Assembly (NCBI GenBank): GCA_002269645.1
Contig: NIVC01001428.1
Span: 1 to 54,814 of the forward strand
Source: Macrostomum lignano
Lineage: Eukaryota
DNA length: 54,814 bases
Reading direction: 5' to 3'
The notes under the pieces were generated by a model. It had not been told where the DNA came from. It was given only the letters and a program-made list of their open reading frames with translations, and ran no database searches. The translations under genes and the position numbers were made by a program. Positions within the stretch are counted from its first letter, which is position 1. Each line of letters opens with the position of its first letter. Of this stretch, positions 23,594-33,500 are shown piece by piece.

Positions 23594-25800
23594 CATTGAT
23601 TGCGGAGTGCGGCTCCTTCAGATGGGGACCCAATCGAGGGCACCCAGGAGCCGCGCCACCAAGTGACCATCGGCAAGGTCGTTTAGGTTATAAACTCCAA
23701 ACAAGCGGCGTGTCGAAGCCAAGGCATCCAAGCCGCGGCCGCATGCCAAGCGACGGACTCGACGACCGCCTTGTAGACAGTGCGGAGGGTGTCACAGTCC
23801 CAGCCCCACTCTCTGTTGGCCAGGGCGCGGAAGATGCTGCATCGGCGGTGCAACTTAGAAACAACTTCGGCCGTCTGGCACTTGAAGGTCAGGCCACCGT
23901 CAATCCAGACGCCGAGGTATCGTACCTCACGCTTGGTAGGGAGACGAGTGCCAGAAATCGACAGGTTTAGAGGGCGATTTCGCTCGCTCCGATCGCGCGT
24001 GTACAGACAGCACTCAGACTTGGAGGGGTTTAGGTCGATTCTCAGGTCGGCAGCCCAGTTTTCAATGCGGTTTAGCGCAGTCTGAATGCGAAATTCCAGC
24101 TCGTTAGTGTTCCGACCGGTAGTCCAAATGCCGAGGTCGTCAGCGAATCCCCCGTAGCAGACCTGGGGGACCAGTTTGTCCCGCCAGTCGTTGATGTACA
24201 GGAGAAACAGAATAGGAGAGCTGACGGCCCCCTAGGGCACCCCCTCGCGGAGGGGCCGCCACTTGCCGACCTCCTCACCGACACGCACAGCGATTTGACG
24301 CCCTTCCATGAAGCTGGCGAACCAGCGAATAAAGCGACCGGGCAGGCCTTCGTCCATAAGACGAGCCAAAAGCTTTGCCCGCCAAACCCGGTCGAACGCC
24401 CTTGAGCAATCGAGCGTGACGGCCAACGTCTTGAGGTGGGGCCTTCTTTCCCATCCGTCCTGGATTTCTTGCACGAGGCGAGCTATTTGTTCCTCGCAGC
24501 TCCGGCCGCGTTGAAATCCCGCTTGCCAGGGCTGCAGAGTGCCGTTGGTCTTGAGCCTATGCATCAGCCGGTCAGCACCATCCGCTCCATGAGCTTGACG
24601 CAGATGGACGTAAGGCTGACGGGCCGGAAACTGGAGCAGTCTTTGACTGACATTTCTGTAGCGCTCCCCAGCCGCACCAAATTTTTGAGTACGTGCCCCA
24701 GAGGATATTTGGGGTCTTTGGTCTTCAGTCTTCAGTCTTTGGGGTCTTTTTCGTCTTTAAGGAGAGGCACGATGATGGCCTTTTTCCAGACTCCAGGACA
24801 GTGGCCAAGGCTCCAGCAGCGGTTGAACACCTTGAGCCAGGCCAACTGCCAAGTTGTCGGCAGATTTTTAAGGAAGGCCGTTTCAATGTCATCTGGGCCA
24901 CACTTTTTGGTGACATCCAGCTTGCATAAGGCACGCTGAAGTTCCCCAAGGGAGAACTGGCTTTCGTGGTTGGTGTTGCCCAGGGCCTATTTGCGGTCTC
25001 GACCTTAAAGGCGCGGTCACGGGCATCATGTTTGAGAGAGCTACGAGCTAATAGACACATAGAAACGCCCAAAGGCGTTAGCCTTTTCCAGGTCCGTGCG
25101 GTGTTCGCGATTGTTAACAACGATGTTCTCGTTTTTCGCCGTGCTCTTATCCCCAGTCTCCAGTATCTTGATGGTGCGCCAAATCTTCTTAGGGTCGGAT
25201 GAGGAGGAAAGGTCCTGGACGTAGGATTTCCAGAACTCCTGCTTCTTTTCCGCACAGCGCTTATTGAGCTCCGCATTTTTGTTGCGCCAGGCATCAGGAT
25301 CGCCCAGGCTTCTGAGACAATTTTTTTCCTCGCGAATGTGAGAAAGCTCCGCATCCCAGTACGGTTTTTGATTTCCACCGACTTTCTTGAGCGGGATGCT
25401 GGCGCTGGCGGCCTTGGACATTCTCTTACAGAGACGGTCAATTTGCTCTTTAATAGTACCCTTGTTGAGTCCATCGCTCCACTCCTCGAGCCTGTCCTGG
25501 TAGCTGTTCCAGTCAGCTTTCTGCCAGGCCCAGGTGAGGCGGGGGCGCCGGTCAAGGGTTTGACAGTCGGTGTTGAGCGTGATCAAAATAGGTTTCTGGT
25601 CAGACCCCAGCTCGTTGAGCGTCTCCCAGGTGCAATGATCAGCAACACTAGCACTGGCAAGGCTGAGGTCAGGCACGCTCTGCCCTCCGGTGCGACGATC
25701 AAGGCACGTTGGGCGCCGGTGTTCAGGAGCACCGATGTTGTTGGTGCTGATGGCGTCGGGGTTGATAACGGAATCTTTGAGAGACTAGATGAGGATGTCT
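23538..25800 (-). mobile_element. Degenerate non-LTR retrotransposon (LINE, probably I/Ingi/Nimb-like): APE end, RT and thumb, 5'-truncated
   Basis: Minus strand: APE C-terminus (PDLSLAS..GSDQKPI), RT (LDCSRAFDRV, GVP, FADD), thumb (YLGVWID..WGWD..LRTVY). Several frameshifts. Ends in an (AAC)n tail. Clade assignment is tentative. Confidence 0.85.
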
Positions 25801-26011
25801 ATGCAGCAGTTGTGGTTTATAGCCCACTGTCGAGGCTTGTTAAGCGAAACTAAAGAAATTAGCAACAGGGTGTCCATAGTCACCTTGTGCTTTCTGTTGA
25901 AGGTGCTGACGACGATGACAACTGTACCTGGTACCTTCAAGTTTAGATCGATTTGTTTCGTCTTTTGATAATAGTGCCATAAGTTAATAATACTATTATC
26001 ATTACTGTATT

Positions 26012-26260
26012 ATGGGCAGATGCGCAACCGGCAGCTCAGCCGTAGCTATTGCGCGGCGAATCTGAAGGCTGCGTACGGGTCGATGTTCAGTCCAACGACG
26101 GGGTCGCCAAGGGGGGTCGCTAAATGCTGGTACCCATTTGGGCCACTTTACAGCCGGTGAAGCCGCAGAGTTAAGTGTCAATTGCTGAAGTACACAAATT
26201 GTTCCGAGTGGGTCGAGACGCGAACCCCGACCTGTCAGTTGTGAGTTCGAAACACCTTAA
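26012..26260 (-). mobile_element. tRNA-derived SINE (partial second copy at 51250-51316)
   Basis: Minus strand TTAAGGTGTTTCGAACTCACAACTGACAGGTCGGGGTTCGCGTCTC (tRNA-like head), a GCTGTAAA..AATGGGTACC core and an AT-rich tail. A 67-bp segment recurs at 51250-51316. Confidence 0.6.
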
Positions 26261-26599
26261 ATCATAAATCCGAAATATCACAAACCCTAAATATCAAATT
26301 CTTGAAAACTCTGGCATAAACTCTGCATTTTGAATTTTCGAGAATGTGATATTTAGGGTTTATGAATTATGATGGGAGGTGCGTTTGAGGTTGTGATTTT
26401 TAGGGTTTGTGCTGGCGCCCCCATAAGACAAGCACTTTATAAAATTGGCTGATGATCTCTCCTCCCAGCTCCCTTTTTCTCTTCTATCTCTGCTCCACTA
26501 ATCTTAATTTTGGAGTCCAGGTAAGGTACACCGTTTGAGGAAAGTCAGGAAAATGAAAGCAAAGGCGAACATTCGCATTTTATCTTTGATAATACGAAA

Positions 26600-27231
26600 T
26601 TACGAAATGATAATTTATTAGTCAATTTACGCGCGACATGTTTCGCCGAACACTCGGCATCTTCAGGCAAGGCAATAATATATTTTCAGAGAGATGGTAA
26701 ATTGTTTAAAGTCTAGTAGGCCAAAATGATGCAAGAATGGGTAACTGAGTTAGATGGCCCTAAACAAGAGGCAAGCGCATGGGGTCAGAACACCCTTAGA
26801 TGGACACTCGCCCCTCTACCACCAAGTTGGATGTTCATGGTGGGCTTTAGCTGTTTAATGTACAACGCCTCAAGAGTAGACAACTTCAAACTCTGGCGAT
26901 TACGATCGATAATTTCAAATTTCTCAGCATTTCTAACTTTAGCACATTGATTGCACATCAGGAGGCGGTCGTACACAGCGCTAGCTCTTGTACAGTGCTC
27001 CTTAACCCTTGTGTGTGGGTGCCTTTCGGTTTTACCGATGTAAAACCGGCGTTGGTCAGCAACGCACGAGACTTTGTAGATAACTCCCGCACACAAGGTT
27101 TTCGGTACACTGCACTTGAGTCTTTGCACGTATTGCGACACCTTCGTAGTATAGAGCACAGGGGAGACCTTAGTGTTCAGGTGGGTATGGCGTAAAATAA
27201 AAAATGGCGTATGCCGTAAAATAACGGCCAT
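26600..27231 (-). mobile_element. Penelope-like element 3' fragment with GIY-YIG endonuclease
   Basis: ORF 26785-27231: GVIYKVSC..FYIGKTERHPHTRVKEH..LEALYIKQLKPTMN is the typical PLE GIY-YIG C-terminus. It is followed by a hammerhead-containing 3' region. Confidence 0.85.
26620..26675 (-). ncRNA. Minimal type I hammerhead ribozyme
   Basis: Minus strand UUGC-CUGAAGA-U-GCCGA gugu UCGGC-GAAA-CAU-GUC-GCG: conserved core, 5-bp stem II, palindromic ACAUGU stem III and a GUC cleavage triplet. Confidence 0.75.
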
Positions 27232-28476
27232 CTGCCATACCTATAGAATGTGAGAAGTGGTAATGCGTTTTCAAATTTGTTTAACACTTCCTGGAAGTAA
27301 ATTTTCGTAGAAACGTTCGGTCCTCAATGATGTCGCAATACTCGTACCATGGTACCTGAATAACACGTACATGGTTTCAAAATTTTCTATTATAAAACTT
27401 AAAACTTAAAACTTAAACTTAAATATGTTAACGTTAACGGCTAACATGACGGACGAATAATTTTGGCTTGAACCAAATGTCCGGTTGCCGTAATGTCTGG
27501 TTGACAAAATACCAGTTGACGAAATGCCGGTTGACGAAATGTCCTGGAACCTTTCATTGTACAACGCTCAAGCGTGCAGATAAGGCCTATGTCTATGGTA
27601 AAATCCTATAGTCAGTCTATACAAAAAGCGTGCTGATAATAAAAAAGCGTGCAGATAATTGATGTCTATGGCAAAACTTTAACATGGTTTGTCAGTGTGT
27701 ATATTTTAAGTAACACTGACAATATCTTATCTGTCAAGAAACACAGATTTTATCATTCTTTTATTGTGATAAAAGAAACACAATAGTGCAACAGTACTGC
27801 AAAGAACTGTATGAGAGGCGAGGCCTGTGTCACTTTCGCAGTATTGTCCATTTTAAAAGTAGATGTAAAAAAGGTACCGTCATTTTGGCAAATTAAAGGT
27901 GTAACCATTCACGTTTCCATGAAAGCTGAGTGTCAAGGCCGAATGCAGATTAGCGATGCTGGTGAATAAAATCCACCGTCAGGCTTACGAGCCGTGCCGT
28001 AGAACACTTGCAGCACACGGTTGATCTTATAGATCTTATATTCCCTGGATAGGCCACTTTGTATGGCGGCAATAGGGAAAGTGCGACTTGTGCGAAAAAA
28101 AGCCGACATGGGTTGCTTAAATTTTGAGTTCAGTAGCTCGTGGACATGGACGCTATTTTTTGAGAATGTGATAGAACTTTGACGAATTAAATAAAAAGCT
28201 ACTCAATCAAATTAAGAATGGTGCTTGCACTGCAGAGACTACTGACGAAATTGAGTTCAAAAGCTGATTTTCGCGCTTTCGCGAAACGCAAAACTTTTTA
28301 CAATAGCTTCTATGAACCCAAAGCGGTTAACGAGTGGCCCATCTTGTGTATAAATGATCTTTGGTCTCGATAAACTTTCTTAAAGACTCATTCACGCCCC
28401 CCATCAAATAAGGCCACATTTCGTGTGATCACACAATTTGTACATCAAATTTTCTTCTTTAATTATACATCGGTAG

Positions 28477-29414
28477 TGTAGTGCATGCGCCCTTGTCAGT
28501 TGGCAGGGCGCGTTGCACTTTGGGGCTGGTTGGGGGGGTTGGCGGGCGTGGCGGGCGTGGCAGGGTTTGGCCGCCGGCCGGGCTTTGCGCGTGCCCCTCC
28601 CCAGCCGTGCCCCTGCCCCGTGCTCAGGGCTGGTTGGCTGCGGCCGGGCCAGCTTTGGCGCGGGTGCTGCCCCTCCCCCCTTAGGCGGGGTTTTGATTGG
28701 CTGGGCCGGCGTGGTTTGTTTTGGTGAGCTTAGCCGGTGGGGCCGTCTGCCCAGGGTTTGGGTGCTATTTATGGTGCGACTCTGGCTCTTGCCCACCTCC
28801 TGCGTGCTTTTTGTGTTTTGGTGTGCTCCGAGAGTGCAAGCGCGAGACCTGATAAATGAAACAGCAACATTAGCTACTTCGATAAAAGAAACAGCAACAT
28901 TAGCTACTTCGATAAAAGAAACAGCAACATTAGCTACTTCGATAAAAGAAACACAATAGCCTAATTGAGAAGAGTCTTGGAGAATTAAGAAGAAGTCGGA
29001 AACTGCGCTTGAGACCTGCGAATAATAAACGGTGAACAGTCATCTGGCCACTGGTAAGCCGCCTGCTGTTTGAGTCCTTTCTTTTCGGGAAGCTTGCTAG
29101 GCCGAATTCTTGCCAGAGCGTCATAACGCCGGGAGACCATATAGCTTCTGTAGTACGGTACCGTTTACCATATATATTGCGTACGCCCTACGGTATAGAG
29201 AATAGAAGCACTCGAGAGTGTCACCACACCTCGAGCCGCAGCGTGAACTCTGAGTGTCACAACACCAGAGGGATCGAATTATTATCGCAGAGCGTCGCCA
29301 CGCCTGCTCGTCGTATTCATAAAAGTACAGACAGAGCGTCACAACGCCTGTTATATCACATATAATATATATTGTACTCGGGACTGGGCACCCAAGCCGA
29401 CCCGGGTTACAACA
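28477..29414 (+). repeat. 5' LTR (GC-rich 5' part, internal 30-bp tandem x3 at about 28851-28950, AATAAA at 29024)
   Basis: Direct repeat of 37629-38566, differing visibly only in two C-run lengths. Confidence 0.95.
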
Positions 29415-29417
29415 AAT

Positions 29418-29435
29418 TGGCGCCCGAACAGGGAC
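29418..29435 (+). promoter_or_regulatory. Primer-binding site complementary to tRNA-Lys(UUU)
   Basis: TGGCGCCCGAACAGGGAC begins 4 nt after the LTR end and is the 18-mer known as the tRNA-Lys3 PBS. Confidence 0.92.
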
Positions 29436-29659
29436 CCTGTCCCCAAAGATTGAAAGTCGGCTCAGTTGCTTTCTATGAAAATTGCTGTCATATTGTGAGC
29501 GTTTTTTCTTATTAAAACGACTGTTGCTTATCGCTTGCGGCTATTGCCCTACCGCAAAAGACATTGATCACGGTGACAGACAACTGATTGGTTATCAGAG
29601 ATCGATAGCTATCACCACCTCAGAGTAAAGAGTAGCAACGGTATTCAGTGACTTCGGCC

Positions 29660-30580
29660 ATGGGTGATCAAGCTATGGACCAACTGATCGATGCGCTGGC
29701 TGCGCGCCTCAGAGCCAACGCCGACCGAGCAGCGCCACGACTCTCGAAGCCGCCCAAGTACATACCAACGATGAATTTCAGCCTATGGCTGCAGAGTTTC
29801 AACGAGTACTGCGAGGCTGTCGGTATAGAAGAAGAAGCCAGGCGGCCGCACCTGATCGGCCTACTCGACCTCACAACAGCCTACGCTGCCGTTGATAAGC
29901 TGGACTTGGCAGACGACATCGAGTACGGGGAATTCACGGATGCACTACTGGCGCGGTTCACCATGAACAGAACAGCCCAGGACTACCGTTTTGAATTATC
30001 GAATCGAGATCAGCTAGACAAGGAGTCTGTGGAGACCTACGGGGACGAGCTGCTGGAGTTGGTGCGCAATGCCTTCCCCACCGCGGATGCCGACACCAGG
30101 ACAGAGCTGGCGAAAGACAGATTTCTAAAAGGCGTTCGAGTAACCGACACTGTCCGAGAAAGACTGTACCTGCAGCAGCCGGCCAACCTCACCGATGCCA
30201 TTCGAACAGTAAGACAACTTGAAGCAGCCCAGAAGGCGTCTTCGACCCAGTCCAAAGCCAGACCCAGGGCTGGGCTGAATGCCTTTGCCACCGAAACGTC
30301 GACAGGTGACACCGGCAAAGACGAGGAGCTACGCCAACTGCGTCAAAAAGTAAAGGAAATGGAAGAAAAGATCCGACGGATGGAGCAGATGCAGCAGGGC
30401 CAGCAGGAGCCGCCCGAACCCGGCCTTCAAGACAAGCAACAATCCAAGCAGGCGGCTCCGTCCAGCTCGAAGCAGCGTAGCGGTGTCAAGTGCTACAACT
30501 GCGGGGAGATAGGCCATCTCTCATTCCAGTGCCCAAAGCCGGGAAAAGGCAAGAGGGGCCCACCAGCTGGAGGCAAGTGA
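29660..30580 (+). CDS. gag: Gag (capsid-like region plus CCHC zinc knuckle)
   Basis: Intact ORF with CYNCGEIGHLSFQC knuckle. First ATG at 29660. Confidence 0.93.
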   Translation: MGDQAMDQLIDALAARLRANADRAAPRLSKPPKYIPTMNFSLWLQSFNEYCEAVGIEEEARRPHLIGLLDLTTAYAAVDKLDLADDIEYGEFTDALLARFTMNRTAQDYRFELSNRDQLDKESVETYGDELLELVRNAFPTADADTRTELAKDRFLKGVRVTDTVRERLYLQQPANLTDAIRTVRQLEAAQKASSTQSKARPRAGLNAFATETSTGDTGKDEELRQLRQKVKEMEEKIRRMEQMQQGQQEPPEPGLQDKQQSKQAAPSSSKQRSGVKCYNCGEIGHLSFQCPKPGKGKRGPPAGGK

Positions 30581-33500
30581 GCCCCTGCAATTCGTCAGCC
30601 TCCGAACAAGCCGTCATCTCATCTCATCATCATCAAACGCCCGGTACCGCATCTCATCAACCTCCAGTGTCCGGTACTGCGCCTCATCAGAATCCAGTGT
30701 CCGGTACTGCGCCTCATCAGCATCCAGTGTCCGGTACCGCGCTTCATCAGCCTCCAGTGTCCGGTACTGCGTCTCGTCAGCCTCCAGTGTCCGGTACAGT
30801 ACCTCATCAGCATCCAGTGTCCGGTACTGCGGCTCATCAGCATCCAGTGTCCGATACTGCGCCTCATCAGCATCCAGTGTCCGGTACAGCGTCTCATCAG
30901 CCTCCAGTGTCCGGTACTGCGTCTCATCAGCATCCAGTGTCCGGTACTGCGCCTCATCAGCATCCAGTGTCCGGTACAGCGTCTCATCAGCCTCCAGTGT
31001 CCGGTACTGCGTCTCATCAGCATCCAGTGTTCGGTACAGTACCTCATCAGCATCCAGTGTCCGGTACTGCGCCTCATCAGCATCCAGTGTCCGGTACTGC
31101 GCCTCATCAGCATCCAGTGTCCGGTACAGCGTCTCATCAGCCTCCAGTGTCCGGTACTGCGTCTCATCAGCCTCCAGTGTCCGGTACAGTATCTCATCAG
31201 CATCCAGTGTCCGGTACTGCGTCTCATCAGCCTCCAGTGTCCGGTACAGTATCTCATCAGCATCCAGTGTCCGGTACTGCGTCTCATCAGCCTCCAGTGT
31301 CCGGTACTGCGTCTCATCAGCATCCAGTGTCCGGTACAGTGCCTCATCAGCCCCCAGCGTCCGGTACTGCACCTCACCATCAACTAGCCGGTTTTGCACA
31401 GTCGCAGCGCCCAATCACCGTCAACGCACCTCAGTCAATTCAAATCAATCCTGCGTCGATATATGTTACGGCCTCAATCGCAGGGCGGAGGGTGAACGCG
31501 CTAGTGGACTCGGGAGCTTCCTGCACCATTATCTCACGGGAAGCTTACCAAAGTATGCCGAAACAGAGCGTCAGAGATTTGGCCGGTGCTGAAGGCTACG
31601 TTAGCTTAGCAAACGGCAGCCCGATCGAAATCGAGAGGACAGTCCTGTTGCGACTGTCAATCGCTGATAAAGTAATAGATACTCCAGCCTTGGTAGTCAG
31701 CGGAGTGAAGTACCAACTGGTATTGGGATCCGACTTCTGCAGGGACAACAGTTGCGTCATCGACTACAAGAGAGCTGTCTTTTCAGTGCAGGACTCTGCA
31801 ATCCCGTTCCGATGGCAAGCTGAGCGCCCGATCGTTTGCAGAATTTTGGCGACAAGGTCCAGCACAATACCGCCAGGTCATCAAGCAGTGCTGTCAGCAA
31901 GGCTGGAGAGCAAAGGACGACGGAACAGAGGGTGTGTCGGTCTAACTGAGAATCTCGGGGCGAACGATTTGGCAGCTGGCCGCTGGCTTGCTAAGGCCTT
32001 AGTGATCCCAAATAGCGGCAGCCGTCTGCCGACTCGACTCATCAATATCACGGAGGAGCCAGTCAGAATTCGCCAAGGTTGTACGCTCGGGTGGTTCTGC
32101 CCCCTAGAATCCACCGAACCGTTGAACACCATCAAGCTCTTAGCCGTAGAGTCAGGAGACGATCCACAGGAAGAGCCGAAGTTCCAAGGCAGCGACAGCC
32201 CTTCGGAAGCAGACTTGCTACCAAACTCGTACGGCGACTGTGGACTGTCGACGAAAGAAGACGAAGAATTTAGAATCCTTGTCCGGAGTTACGGCGATGT
32301 GTTCACGACCAAGCAGACTTCAAGCAAGTTAACTACCGTGGTGGAGCATGAAATTAACACCGAGAATGCGCGCCCAATCAAGATCCCACCGCGTCGTCTG
32401 CCTCCCCACTTACAGCCAGAAGTAGATCGTCAAGTCAACGAGTTGCTGGAAAAGGGGCAGATCGAAGAAGCACAGTCACCATGGTGCTTTCCTTTGGTGT
32501 GCGTAAAGAAGAAATCAGGGGAAATGAGGATGTGCGTCGATTATCGGAAGTTGAATGAGGTCACCGTCAAGGATGCAGTGCCGATGCCGAGGGTCGATGA
32601 TGCGCTGGAGGCAGTACACGGCGCCAAGATCTTCTCGACAATGGACCTTCACAGCGGGTTTTGGCAAGTAGGGGTGAGACCTCAGGATCAGGACAAGACG
32701 GCGTTTGCAGTGCCGCATCGCGGACAATTTCGATGGAAGGTTATGCCGTTCGGCTTAGTGAACAGCCCAGCAACATTCACCAGGTTGATGGCAGCCGTTT
32801 TGGACAAGCAGATGTGGAAAACCTGTCTCGTCTACATCGACGATCTACTGGTTTGGTCAACCGACGTGGATGAACACCTGAGAAGACTGGAGGAAATATT
32901 CAGCAAGTTGCGGCAAGCAAATTTGTGCCTGAAGCCCCAGAAGTGTCACTTTTTGCAAAAGCAAGTGAAATTTCTCGGTCACACGCTGTCGGCTGCTGGC
33001 ATCAGTACCGATGAGGAGAAAGTTCAAGAAGTGAAGAACTGGCCAACACCGCGATCCTCGACGGAGCTGCATTCATTCTTGGGCCTGTGTGGCTATTACA
33101 GAAAGTTTATTAAAGATTTCGCCGCAATAGCAGCGCCTCTAACTCGATTGACAACAAAAGACGCAAAGTTTGAATGGAAAACGGAACAGCAGCTGGCGTT
33201 CGAAACATTGAAGGAACGAATGACAAGTTCAGAGGTTATGGCTCATCCGGATTTCTCCCCGGATGCCGGAGAGTTTATCCTCGATACTGATGGCAGTTCG
33301 AAGATGGGCATAGGAGCGGTACTTTCTCAAGTCCAGCCAGATGGAGCAGAACGAGTGATCGCCTATGGGTCCAAGACACTAAATCAAGCCGAACGCAACT
33401 ATTGTACGACTCGTTTAGAACTACTAGCGGTTGTGACTTTCATCATGAAGTTCAGATACTATCTGCTTGGAAAAGCGTTCTGTCTGCGAACGGACCACAG

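Noticed and set aside
28404-28959. ORFs within the LTRs (and the copies at 37446-38716)
   Set aside because: GC-rich promoter sequence whose frames differ between the two LTRs; no domain evidence.
30614-31414. Antisense ORFs (QYRTLDADE and STGHWMLMRR repeats)
   Set aside because: Reverse-frame readings of the 30-bp pol repeat; the sense frame explains them.
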